Source of the DNA: a virus
Virus record (IMG/VR): IMGVR_UViG_3300012944_000025
Location: 25,581 to 89,580 of that record
DNA: 64,000 bases
Direction: 5' to 3' (one strand)
The notes under the pieces are model-generated. The model had not been told where the DNA came from. It ran no database searches and saw only the letters and a program-made list of their open reading frames with translations. Shown piece by piece: positions 1-8,750 of this stretch (the stretch's first letter is position 1; every line of letters starts with the position of its first letter). Both the position numbers and the translations under genes were made by a program.

Positions 1-405
1 GGTCGTCACGGTGAGGTCGCCTCGCCCGATGATGGGGCGGCCGTCCGCGGTCGTGCCGTTGACCGTGATCTGCGCGTCACCCAGCTTGCCGGTCGTCGCG
101 ACGTCGGCGTTGCTGCCGTCGGTGCTCACCGACACGGTGACGATCGTGTCGTCCGAGGTGGTCCACACCGGCGGGGTGGGGAAGTCGAACGGGACAGTGT
201 TGCCGGCGGCGTCCTTTTCGGCGAGGGTGACGGAGACGTGCTGGATGTCGGTGATGGTCTTGGCCATGTTCGGTGTTCCTTGCGGTAGGTTGGTGCGGGT
301 CTTCGGCAGCCCGAAGACCAGCAGGACCTCGCCGGGAACCAACGACAGCAACAACTTTACGTTGCGGTCGAGGCGCTCGAGTATGGTCCGCTTGGTCTCG
401 GTCAT
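1..405 (-). CDS. Ig-like beta-sandwich protein, runs off the window edge (alternative start at 267)
   Basis: Own translation: MTETKRTILE...MAKTITDIQHVSVTLAEKDAAGNTVPFDFPTPPVWTTSDDTIVTV...GKLGDAQITV. The 'WTTSD..IVTV' pattern resembles Big-2/Ig-like domains. AAGGA precedes the ATG at 267. Confidence 0.55.
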   Translation of the reverse strand, partial: MTETKRTILERLDRNVKLLLSLVPGEVLLVFGLPKTRTNLPQGTPNMAKTITDIQHVSVTLAEKDAAGNTVPFDFPTPPVWTTSDDTIVTVSVSTDGSNADVATTGKLGDAQITVNGTTADGRPIIGRGDLTVTT

Positions 406-439
406 CGCGGGGAACCTACCAGCACAGAGCGTCCTAGCG

Positions 440-1045
440 CTAGTCCTGGATGAACTCCTCCACGGGAATTTCATCCTCACCTTCGAACCGGCCGGGTGGG
501 TTTCGCGGATGGCTGGCAATGCTTCCTCCACCGCGAGACCAGATACCCGGATTGGGCATCCACTTTATCGACGCCGTCCATCCCATCGCCTCCAACTTCT
601 CACGGCAGTGGTGCTTCGAGTCGCTGCGTCCGGTCGCCAGGCAGCTCATGCAGTCGACATCCCGGCCGCGGGACTCCAGCCACTTTTGGTCCTTCTTGGA
701 AACGCGGTACGCCTTGCACCAGGATGGTGTCCGCTTGCCCCCGCTGTTCCGGTCCATCATGTGGGTGATGCCGTTGATCAGCAGCGGCCAGGAGGTCCGG
801 CGCAGCAGCCCTCGGTTGATGTACCCCTCACGTTCCCACGAGGTCATCCGTGCCTGGGCTAGCACGGTCTGGCCACCCTCCCACAGACGCAGCGTGAACC
901 CCGGGCGGCTCATCAGGTGTCCGATGCCCAGGTTGGCGCGCTCCATGGCGAGCGGGAACCACGCCCAGGCTTCCTCGAGCGACAAGATGTCGGGCACGTG
1001 CCCACCCTGCGCGGCGGTCAGGTACTCCTCTCCACAGAAATTCAT
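440..1045 (-). CDS. H-C-CxxC zinc-finger family protein (GITH...C...VDCMSCL)
   Basis: Contains INGITH...SWC...VDCMSCL, shared with about 13 other ORFs in the window. Confidence 0.65.
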   Translation of the reverse strand: MNFCGEEYLTAAQGGHVPDILSLEEAWAWFPLAMERANLGIGHLMSRPGFTLRLWEGGQTVLAQARMTSWEREGYINRGLLRRTSWPLLINGITHMMDRNSGGKRTPSWCKAYRVSKKDQKWLESRGRDVDCMSCLATGRSDSKHHCREKLEAMGWTASIKWMPNPGIWSRGGGSIASHPRNPPGRFEGEDEIPVEEFIQD

Positions 1046-1052
1046 AAATCCC

Positions 1053-1478
1053 CTATCGAAGTCGCCGAATGCGCGCGACCATCGCGCGGATCGCCGGCGT
1101 CCTCGTCAGCTGTTCGAGCATTCTCGGCAACGTCTCGGGTCGCGGGATAAAGATTCCGAGGGACGACGCCGTCTCCATCCACATCGTGTTCGACCAGGCC
1201 GTCAGATCGTGCGGCACGTCGTGGGACACGCAGATCACGTGCTCGACCGCTCGGGCCTTCAGCTCGAAGCCGACCAATCGCTCGCGCTCGTGCTCCGGCT
1301 CGTTCTCGACGATATCGGTGATTGCCTGGTGGATTCGCGTCCGCGTCCATGGCGGCTCGAGGTGAACGTCCAGCGCGTGACACGCCTCGTGGGCCGCGTC
1401 TCGAAGGTCTCGAGCGTCCGAGCCCCGGGCGCGGACCGCGGCGAGCAGGCCTACGCGTCCCGCCGGCGCAGTAGCCAC
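1053..1478 (-). CDS. Hypothetical protein with HExxH (possible zinc metallopeptidase) motif
   Basis: AAHEACHAL with a downstream Glu (GFELKARAVE); start uncertain. Confidence 0.45.
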   Translation of the reverse strand: MATAPAGRVGLLAAVRARGSDARDLRDAAHEACHALDVHLEPPWTRTRIHQAITDIVENEPEHERERLVGFELKARAVEHVICVSHDVPHDLTAWSNTMWMETASSLGIFIPRPETLPRMLEQLTRTPAIRAMVARIRRLR

Positions 1479-1876
1479 GCTCGGATCGCCGGGTAATGGA
1501 GGTAGAACGCCGGCGAGCAGGGGAGCCGCTCGACCACGTAGGCCGGGTCCCACCACGCCACGTCGTCGTGGTCGAGCATCTCGAGCGAACCCGTGTCGAG
1601 ATTGACGTGATACAGCTCGACGACGAACTGCACCTCGAGGTCCAGGATCGGCGTCGTCGCGATCCAATCGCCGACGACGACGCCGAGGTTCAGCTCCTCC
1701 TTCCACTCCCTGGTGAGGGCATCCTGCGACGTCTCGCCCTCCTCGACCTTTCCGCCGGGAAGCTCCCAGAGACCGGGCCGCTTCCCCACGCCCCGCCGCT
1801 TCCCCATCAAGACTCGGCCATCCTTGTTGACAGCCATCCCGGAAACCACGCACATCGGTCTCGTTGCGATCTTCAT
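1451..1876 (-). CDS. Nudix hydrolase (MutT-like)
   Basis: Nudix box GGKVEEGETSQDALTREWKEELNL preceded by GLWELP. Confidence 0.9.
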   Translation of the reverse strand: MKIATRPMCVVSGMAVNKDGRVLMGKRRGVGKRPGLWELPGGKVEEGETSQDALTREWKEELNLGVVVGDWIATTPILDLEVQFVVELYHVNLDTGSLEMLDHDDVAWWDPAYVVERLPCSPAFYLHYPAIRAWLLRRRDA

Positions 1877-1945
1877 GCCCTGCAGCCTTTCGCACGTTCG
1901 CTTTTGTTGACACACGAATCACCCACGTGTGACCGTGGGCACCTC

Positions 1946-2314
1946 ATGAATCCACAGATCCACAAGGGAAACTACGCCATCATCGGCATCGTTCTCACCG
2001 ACTACGATGGGAACGTCGACAGCACGACGGCCATCACGATGTCGGCACCTGGTTCGCTTGTCGTCGAGCCTGCCGCACCGGGTGCTGCAAACCGTATTTT
2101 CTATGTCAGTGTTCCGGTGTCGGCTACGACAAGCTCCCCCGGACAGCAGGTCGGCTTGTTGGCCACGATCCCCGCCTCGGGGTCTGGCGCCGGGGCCCCG
2201 AACGTGATCAAGTCCGTGACTTTCATTTTCGACACGGTGGTTCCGATCGACCACCGGGCAGCCGCAGCTGCGCCCGGCACCCCGGGTGCGGAGCAGCCCC
2301 TTCCGCACCCGTAG
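1946..2314 (+). CDS. Hypothetical beta-rich protein, possibly a virion accessory
   Basis: MNPQIHKGNYAIIGIVLTDYDG...; coding-like GC3 bias; isolated plus-strand gene. Confidence 0.5.
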   Translation: MNPQIHKGNYAIIGIVLTDYDGNVDSTTAITMSAPGSLVVEPAAPGAANRIFYVSVPVSATTSSPGQQVGLLATIPASGSGAGAPNVIKSVTFIFDTVVPIDHRAAAAAPGTPGAEQPLPHP

Positions 2315-2317
2315 GCG

Positions 2318-2605
2318 CTACCGGTCTGTGTCTTTGGCAAGCTGAGTTCTCCTGCGACGCGCCGCGTCCCCTGCACGGATAAGCGCGTCGAGGCAATCGA
2401 GGCAGTCCGTGTCGGCGACCGCGGTTCCGACCTTCAACGAGACCCGCCCGCACCAGGTCTCGTCGGACATTCGTCCAGTGTCGAGGCGCTTTCCGCGCGT
2501 CAGGTGGCGCACGCCGAGAGCGTACACCGGTGGCACTCCCGCCGCACTCTGCTGTAGTATTCCTGGTCGATACAAATCACCTCGCCGGAGCCGTGACCGC
2601 ACCAC
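2318..2605 (-). CDS. H-C-CxxC zinc-finger family protein
   Basis: LGVRH...TWCG...DTDCLDCL; start uncertain. Confidence 0.5.
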   Translation of the reverse strand: MVRSRLRRGDLYRPGILQQSAAGVPPVYALGVRHLTRGKRLDTGRMSDETWCGRVSLKVGTAVADTDCLDCLDALIRAGDAARRRRTQLAKDTDR

Positions 2606-2790
2606 GTCAACCGTGCGGCGCGTACCAGACAGCCCATGCAATCGACTTGTCGCCGCCAGCTTGCCGGCAACAGGTTCCGATAGCAAAGCCGGTCACCGTA
2701 GTCCTCGACGCCGCACAAGGTAACCAAGCTCGCGAAGCCGATTACGTTGTAGTGGACGACGCGCCTTCGGTCCGTGACCTTGTGAATCAC
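2500..2790 (-). CDS. H-C-CxxC zinc-finger family protein
   Basis: DRRRVVH...TLCG...VDCMGCLV. Confidence 0.55.
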   Translation of the reverse strand: MIHKVTDRRRVVHYNVIGFASLVTLCGVEDYGDRLCYRNLLPASWRRQVDCMGCLVRAARLTWCGHGSGEVICIDQEYYSRVRRECHRCTLSACAT

Positions 2791-3023
2791 CCGACGCGCT
2801 CCGCCGCGAGGCACGTCATGCAGTCGACAAGATTCTCGGGCTTGCGCAGATGCGACAGCGCGCCACCGTGCTTGTCGATCAGCAGCCGACGACAGTGAAA
2901 GTGGAGCACGATGTCGTCGTACGACCCGATGCGCAGCTGCGCCTTGTGCGTGACCCCGTCGTCGGTCGCCGCGTGCACCGCGTAGATGCCTGTGTTGACC
3001 GTTAGCACGAAGCCTTTACGCAT
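2787..3023 (-). CDS. H-C-CxxC zinc-finger family protein
   Basis: DDGVTH...FHC...VDCMTCL. Confidence 0.65.
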   Translation of the reverse strand: MRKGFVLTVNTGIYAVHAATDDGVTHKAQLRIGSYDDIVLHFHCRRLLIDKHGGALSHLRKPENLVDCMTCLAAERVG

Positions 3024-3985
3024 CACGGTGCTTATTGAACGCGGCGACCAGCTCCTCGTTGCGCTCGGCGGCGCGCTTCTTCGCGCGCTGGAGAAGCTCG
3101 ACCATCCGGTCGACATCGGCCTCCGATGCGAACAGCAGGCTGTCGTTGGTGTCGATCCGGACCTGCCACCGGGACATCCCGAGCGCGACGTCGACCATGA
3201 ACGGCTTGCCGCCGACGAGCAGGCCGTCGATGTTCTCTTCGCCCCGGGGCATCAGCGGGGCTCGGCCTGGTTGCGTTGCATGATGAACGCGGTCATCGCA
3301 TCCCGTGCCTTCTCGGAGGCCTCCGCCCGGCGACGAGCGATGTCCTCGACGCGACGGATGACCTCCTCGCACAGCGACCACAATGCGGCCTCGAGGGTCT
3401 CACCCTGCGTGCTCGTCGTGTGGTCCTGACCGAGAATCTTTGTCGAGACCACGAAGCCCCATGTGCGGTCGCTCAGGTGCGAGTCGTCCTGGTCGTCGTA
3501 GATGCGCTGCCGCTTGAAGCCGACGTCCACGGACAGACTCTGATCGCCCCACCCGGTGAGCTGGCCGAGCAGGGTCAACAGCTCGGGCGTCGTCGGATGA
3601 ACTCCGCCGTGCGCGGGACAACGGCCTCTCCAGGTCGCGTTCTCCGCGCAAACCGAGGCGGGCGGAGCGCCCATCGAATGCGTGCATCTCATGGCATCAC
3701 GTGCTTTCTCTCGGCTCGACCGCGGAGCGGCTGCGTCTCCGGGACGTGCGCTCGAACCATCGCGAGCGCGTCCGCATCCCCGACGCCGGTCCGCTCCCGG
3801 ATCATGTCGATGATGGTGTCGAACTGGAGCTTCTCGCCCGAGTCCAGCCCCTTGCGGATGGTGTCCCGCCGGGTCAGCTCCTCGGACAGGGCTTTCTCGA
3901 GAGCCTGCAGTAGGTCGCCATCGAGACGCAATGCGTCCGCAACAAGTTGTCGGATTTCAGGATGATAGTAGGGGTCTTGGCTCAT
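3016..3985 (-). other. Three tightly packed hypothetical CDSs (3016-3252, 3252-3692, 3689-3985)
   Basis: Overlapping start/stop codons and coding-like composition; no recognised motifs. Confidence 0.55.
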
Positions 3986-3994
3986 TTTCCCTTT

Positions 3995-4011
3995 TGCTCA
4001 TTACATAAGCG
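3995..4011. promoter_or_regulatory. Palindromic operator-like site TGCTCA-N5-TAAGCG
   Basis: Matches the six-site consensus TGyTyA-N5-TrArCA; lies in a divergent intergenic region 10 bp upstream of the 3985 start. Confidence 0.5.
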
Positions 4012-4114
4012 TGACGCAGGCGCCCGTCGAGCTTTCGCGGCCGTGCGGATTCGCTCGCGCTGAAAACGACGCGCCAGTCTTGTGTCAATAGCCGAGACAG
4101 GCGCAAAACAAGGC

Positions 4115-4474
4115 ATGTCCAACGTGCTTATCGTTGACGACGTCCCGGACATCACGCACACGATGTCCATTCTGCTCCAGCTTCGCGGGCATCGAACCGC
4201 CGAGGCGTTCACGGGCGCCCAGGCGATACAGCTGATGAGGACCCGCTGCTTCGACGCCTTTCTGCTCGACGTCAGCCTTCCTGACATCAGCGGGATCGAG
4301 GTCGCTCGCGCGGTCCGCCAAAGGTACGGTCAGAAGCCGAAGATACTCGCGGTTACCGGGTGGGGACACCGCGAGATGCGGACGCGCTGCCTCGGCGCGG
4401 GCTTCGACTATCATGTGACGAAGCCGGCGGACGGGCGCCGTATCATCGCGCTCATCGAGCGTGACAAGTCATAG
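4115..4474 (+). CDS. Single-domain response regulator (CheY-like receiver)
   Basis: VLIVDD acidic pocket, FLLDVSLPDISG phosphoacceptor, AVTG Thr and GFDYHVTKP Lys are all present. Confidence 0.92.
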   Translation: MSNVLIVDDVPDITHTMSILLQLRGHRTAEAFTGAQAIQLMRTRCFDAFLLDVSLPDISGIEVARAVRQRYGQKPKILAVTGWGHREMRTRCLGAGFDYHVTKPADGRRIIALIERDKS

Positions 4475-4550
4475 CGACCAGGCAGGTCATGCAGTCGATC
4501 TCGCCGAACGCGAGGTCTCCATCTCGCACTTGCCAGCGCCGATCAGGCAC
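4452..4550 (-). pseudogene. Truncated remnant of the zinc-finger family (IDCMTCLV half only)
   Basis: Own translation VPDRRWQVRDGDLAFGEIDCMTCLVAMTCHAR*; an upstream in-frame stop removes the GxTH half. Confidence 0.4.
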
Positions 4551-4659
4551 GACGCCTCTTGTACGCGCTCACCGCAACGGCGCCCCGACGCCGTGTGTGG
4601 GCCTGCACCCCGGCACCGACGCGTAGCAGTCGGAGCAGGATCCGCAGAAGCGCCTTCAT
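4543..4659 (-). CDS. Small basic protein (38 aa)
   Basis: Own translation MKALLRILLRLLRVGAGVQAHTRRRGAVAVSAYKRRRA*; ATGA overlap with the upstream gene. Confidence 0.4.
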   Translation of the reverse strand: MKALLRILLRLLRVGAGVQAHTRRRGAVAVSAYKRRRA

Positions 4660-5048
4660 CGGCGCCTTCCACGGATCCAGAACTTCCGCCTCTTGTCGTC
4701 AAAGATCGCTGTCGACTTTCCCGTTGTTCGTGGCGTGCTGATCAGAATCGTGCCGCTCGACCGCGACGACATTCGCCCGGTGCTCGTGCGGAACGGTGGT
4801 AGCGGCGCGCCCGGCGGGCGAACCAAGCACGCCATGCAGTCCACCTCCTTGCCTGGCGCCGCCGGCGTGTTCGCGGGGATGTAGCTCCCCGTGCACCACC
4901 AGCTGCTGCCCTCCTGCGTGACATAGTGGCCCCGTTTCGCGGGGTTGCGCCGACGCTTTTGCTTCGCGGTCTTGACGAACCTGACGGTGCCGCGGACGTG
5001 GTGGGTGACGCCGTGCTCGTCGGTCGCCTCGCTGATCCCCCTGGTCAC
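4656..5048 (-). CDS. H-C-CxxC zinc-finger family protein
   Basis: DEHGVTH...WWC...VDCMACLV. Confidence 0.65.
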   Translation of the reverse strand: MTRGISEATDEHGVTHHVRGTVRFVKTAKQKRRRNPAKRGHYVTQEGSSWWCTGSYIPANTPAAPGKEVDCMACLVRPPGAPLPPFRTSTGRMSSRSSGTILISTPRTTGKSTAIFDDKRRKFWIRGRRR

Positions 5049-5233
5049 TTCTTGTTCTTGTAGAATATCGCGATCGTCACGCAGTGATACTCGTTGTCCG
5101 AGGACTGCGTGAGCCGCACGTCGGTGATGACGAACGTCGGGTTGCGCTTGCGCCACGCGGTCACGTCGTCACCCATCTTCTCGCGATCCACATGCTTCGA
5201 TACGCTGAACATCGCCATTCCATCGAAATCCAT
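5045..5233 (-). CDS. Small conserved protein of a myxobacterial-type family (TQSSDNEYHC motif)
   Basis: FS...REKMGDDVTAW...TQSSDNEYHCVTIAIFY matches, from memory, a ~60 aa family common in Myxococcota; strong SD (AGGAG). Confidence 0.65.
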   Translation of the reverse strand: MDFDGMAMFSVSKHVDREKMGDDVTAWRKRNPTFVITDVRLTQSSDNEYHCVTIAIFYKNKK

Positions 5234-5576
5234 GTCTGTTCTCCTGTTGCCGTGTCCTGACGCTGCGTTGCGTCGCGCCCTCGTCCTCCGCGCGATGTCC
5301 CACCGGCCGTTGCCGGGCAGGGACGGAGCGACTGTGGAGGCCGCCGTTCGTCCTTGCCCGGGGCAGCCTGTCGGCTACTTCAGGGGTTTGACGTCCACGG
5401 CGGTCTCCTTTCCGAGGTGCTCAACGGGTGCTGCTTCGCGCGGATCTACGGGATGGTCTTCAGGAAGCCCTCGAGGGTGATCGTGACCTCCGCCTTGTCG
5501 TAGGCGTACTTAGCCGAGGAGCGCTCGGCCGACCGCTGGATTCCGTAGGTCACTTGCGTGGTCTTCATCGTTGTCA

Positions 5577-6014
5577 CTACCTTCTCGGCGCCGGGCGCCG
5601 GGGTGTCATCAGCGGCCCCACGATGGTATGGCCTCCGATGTCGTCGTCATCGTCGATTTCGTTGCGGATCTCGTCGGGCGTCGGCACGGGGTGCCGCGGC
5701 TTGATCGCGGGCCCCTTCAACGTGGAGGTCCGCGCGGGCTTGAGCACCGGCGCCGGCCCCCTCGGGGAGAACAGCGGCCCGATGATCGTCTTGCCGTTCG
5801 GGTCGGTGTCCTCTTCGCCGCTGAAGTCGGTCCGTGCGAGCGGAACTTCCTGCTCGAAGCCCTCACGGTCCTCGAGCGCGCCGCGCATGATGATCTCGTC
5901 GTCGGCGTCCAGGTACACGTAGGTCCCTGGCACCAGCTCGGCCACGCCCAGCGTGATCGTCAGCCGCTCGCCGCCGTTGGCGAACAGCGTCTCGTCGTCC
6001 ATATCCCAGTCCAT
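5577..6014 (-). CDS. Acidic, Pro-rich hypothetical protein
   Basis: GAGGAGG SD; very Asp/Glu-rich. Confidence 0.55.
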   Translation of the reverse strand: MDWDMDDETLFANGGERLTITLGVAELVPGTYVYLDADDEIIMRGALEDREGFEQEVPLARTDFSGEEDTDPNGKTIIGPLFSPRGPAPVLKPARTSTLKGPAIKPRHPVPTPDEIRNEIDDDDDIGGHTIVGPLMTPRRPAPRR

Positions 6015-6099
6015 GCGTCCTCCTCTCGGGCTTGCGATACCGATTGCCCTGACGCCAGTGGCGTCATCTCCTCCTCGCCTCTCGCCGCCTGCTCGCCCG

Positions 6100-6393
6100 C
6101 TACTCGACCGCGGGGGGCCACTCTTCCGGCTTGGGCGCCGCGTGCATCGCCTGGATGGCTCCCTTGTACCCGTTGCGCTGAGCGATCACGACGTTGAACG
6201 CCGCGAACGCGTCCTTCGAGGTGCCCGACGGATCCACGCCCCGGGTTCCCGCGACGTACACGAACCGCCACATCTCGTCGGTACTCAGCTTCGCGATCTC
6301 GGGATCCATCCGGTCGGCGAGCCCCGGGTCGTTCCCCGGGGTTCCCTGCGCGAACGCCTCGAACAGCTGGTCTGCAAGCTCTTTTCCAGTCAT
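6100..6393 (-). CDS. Hypothetical protein
   Basis: AAGGAG SD before MTGKELAD. Confidence 0.55.
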   Translation of the reverse strand: MTGKELADQLFEAFAQGTPGNDPGLADRMDPEIAKLSTDEMWRFVYVAGTRGVDPSGTSKDAFAAFNVVIAQRNGYKGAIQAMHAAPKPEEWPPAVE

Positions 6394-6419
6394 CGATTTC
6401 TCCTTCGTGGTTGTCTCGG

Positions 6420-6665
6420 TCACATTAGCCTGATGCAGGCCATGCACGTCACGCTGGTAATTAGCGTCGACACGCGCTTGACTTGGTTGACGTGTGGGTT
6501 TGGGCACTTCCAGCCTTCGCAGGCCAGGGAGAGCTTCGGCTTACCGGCTTTCTGCAGCTCGCGGACGATGTTGCGCCCGGAATCGTTCGCCTTGCCGTGC
6601 GTCTCGGAGTACGGCGCCCAGTGGGTGATGCCGACGCCGTCTCGGACTGCGATACCTACGGCCAT
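6420..6665 (-). CDS. H-C-CxxC zinc-finger family protein
   Basis: DGVGITH...LAC...VTCMACI. Confidence 0.6.
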   Translation of the reverse strand: MAVGIAVRDGVGITHWAPYSETHGKANDSGRNIVRELQKAGKPKLSLACEGWKCPNPHVNQVKRVSTLITSVTCMACIRLM

Positions 6666-6904
6666 TATCGGATGCCTTCCATCTCAATCTCGATGGTCAC
6701 GGCGCCGTCTGGGTGGACGGAGATGACCCTGCCGATCATGTTCTTGTTCGTGTCGAACAAACATCGACGAGCCTCGGCGACGAGGCACGACATGCAGTCC
6801 ACGACCGCGTCGTCCGCCGGGCGAGGGTCCATCGGCTCGAGGTTGATCCCGCACCAGGTCCGGCGGAGGTCGTCCATGAACTCGTCGACGCCGTGAGTGA
6901 TCAC
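6665..6904 (-). CDS. H-C-CxxC zinc-finger family protein
   Basis: ITH...TWCG...VDCMSCLV. Confidence 0.65.
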   Translation of the reverse strand: MITHGVDEFMDDLRRTWCGINLEPMDPRPADDAVVDCMSCLVAEARRCLFDTNKNMIGRVISVHPDGAVTIEIEMEGIR

Positions 6905-7491
6905 GGCCCCCTCCCGACGAGCGTCATGCACGTCATGCAGTCGACCATCGCACTCTCATAGGTCGCGCGGGCCTTGCTGAGCCTGTCGAAGTTGACGGCG
7001 CTCGCGCCCGCGAGCGGGTGTATCCCGAGCAGGTGCGCGCCACAGACCCCGCGCAGGCGCCTGCCGGCTGGCAGCCTCGCGTGCGTGATCCCCTGGTCGT
7101 CGACCCACGGCGTGGGCGTCCCGAGGTCCAGCGACAGCAGGAGACCGCGGGGCGTGATTACGCCGTTCGTCTCGATCAGGTCGCGGGTGAGCAGCGCGCT
7201 GCGCGAATTCGGCTGCGCCATGCGCTCGTTGACCAGCACGTTCACCCACGTGTTGGGATCGAATGGCACCGCCCCCGTGGCGAACGGGTCATCGAGCTTG
7301 CGGCACCTGTCGCACGTTGCCTGGCGACCGTTCGCGGGGGTTACAGGCCTGTCGAACGGCTTGCTGCACAGCGCGATCACGGTGGTCGGACTCGACCGCG
7401 TCAGGTTCGCCACGTGAACCGCGGTGCCCTGCGAGGCCACGAAAGCCCAGCTCAGCACGGTCACGATCGCCTTGCTGCTCGGACGAGGCAC
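6901..7491 (-). CDS. Protein with two H-C-CxxC zinc fingers
   Basis: AVH...ALC...ATCDRC and DQGITH...GVCG...VDCMTCM. Confidence 0.65.
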   Translation of the reverse strand: MPRPSSKAIVTVLSWAFVASQGTAVHVANLTRSSPTTVIALCSKPFDRPVTPANGRQATCDRCRKLDDPFATGAVPFDPNTWVNVLVNERMAQPNSRSALLTRDLIETNGVITPRGLLLSLDLGTPTPWVDDQGITHARLPAGRRLRGVCGAHLLGIHPLAGASAVNFDRLSKARATYESAMVDCMTCMTLVGRGP

Positions 7492-7727
7492 GCCATGCAG
7501 TCGATCGGCTTGTCGCTGACGATCGGGTAGAGGGGGATGCCAAACAGCCTACAAGGCCAGCCCCAGTCGTGCGTCACGCCGTTCTCGTCGATGGTCGTCG
7601 CGCCGTGCGGCGCGCAGAGCCCGCAAGGAATGCCGTCGCTTCTCGGTGCCGTCCGATGACAGCGCGAGCAGCGGTCTCCTGTACAGGGGCGCCGTTCACC
7701 CGGACGGGCTGGCATCGTCTCGATCAC
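7461..7727 (-). CDS. H-C-CxxC zinc-finger family protein with extra N-terminal CxxC pairs
   Basis: DENGVTH...WPC...IDCMACLV. Confidence 0.6.
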   Translation of the reverse strand: MIETMPARPGERRPCTGDRCSRCHRTAPRSDGIPCGLCAPHGATTIDENGVTHDWGWPCRLFGIPLYPIVSDKPIDCMACLVRAARRS

Positions 7728-8750
7728 TCCGCGTCCGGCCCCGCGAGGAGCCAGTAGAGGGCAACGTCAATTTCGGTATCGCCTTGCTTGGCGAACGTTG
7801 TGACCAGGTCCCACTTTTCCACTCCTCGGGCATCCTTCCCTCGCTTCTCTATAATCATGGGGCTGCTGTTGACAAAGAACCTGTTTCCCTTCTGTGTACC
7901 ACCTGGCGCCACAACGCGGTAATCCCCCGTGCTCGATCGAATGCGATGGTCGACCGACCTCGTGAGAACGCAGTCCCCCGGCTCGGGCGCTTCGAGCATT
8001 CGTGGGACCCTGCGGTCGTTCGGGTCTTTGTTCTCAGGCATGTTGTCTCCTTACTTCGAGGTTTGCATCGACCCCGGTTTGGTCAGCTCCACGATCTTGG
8101 CCCAGGCGCGGAGCAGGTTCATGTCCGTGTAGTGACTATCGGCCATTCGCAGGACCTCGCCCATCGCGAAGACCTGGATATCCTCGACGGTGATGTGCGA
8201 CTTGGCTGCGCTGACCTGGTCGAGAACGATGAGCCACACGTTCTCGGTGATGATGTCGGATGCGGCGCTTGCGAACCCGTCAGACCCCGTCGCGGCCCGG
8301 GTGTGCAGCAGCGCGAGGCGCTTCTTCGCCTTCTTGGTGACGTCGGCCAGCCGCGCGTCGAGACGCTTCCGGTCGACGCAGTCGTACATCGCCTGCGGCA
8401 CGTCAGGCCGCCTTGAGGGCCTTGAGCGTCATGCGGTGCGCCTTGCGCATCGACTTGTCGAGCACCGACCAGTCGGTGACGTGCAGGCCAACGTTGCGCG
8501 CGTACTCCTTGAGTCGCAGCACGTCCCACGCTCCCCTGGTCAGCCGCATCCTGCGGCTGGTGAGGACCTTGGCCCCGTCGTCGAGCGGCGTGTAGCCGCT
8601 GACGAAGATCAGCTGGTCCTCGGTTTGGCTGAGCAACACGACGACCTCGTCGTGGCGCAACGAGAAGCGGGTGCCCTGCTTGACGATGTGATCGAACGAC
8701 GTCTGTTCCGACAGGCGGAACGAGACCTTCTCCAGCATCTTGAATTTCAT
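7724..8750 (-). other. Three hypothetical CDSs (7724-8041, 8051-8401, 8403-8750)
   Basis: Packed ORFs with SD-like elements; no recognised motifs. Confidence 0.55.

Noticed and set aside
5360-5420. c-di-GMP-I riboswitch-like words (GGAAAG...GGACGTCAAAC) on the minus strand
   Set aside because: The element order and P1/P2 pairing do not fit the consensus as I recall it; kept only as a generic structured leader.
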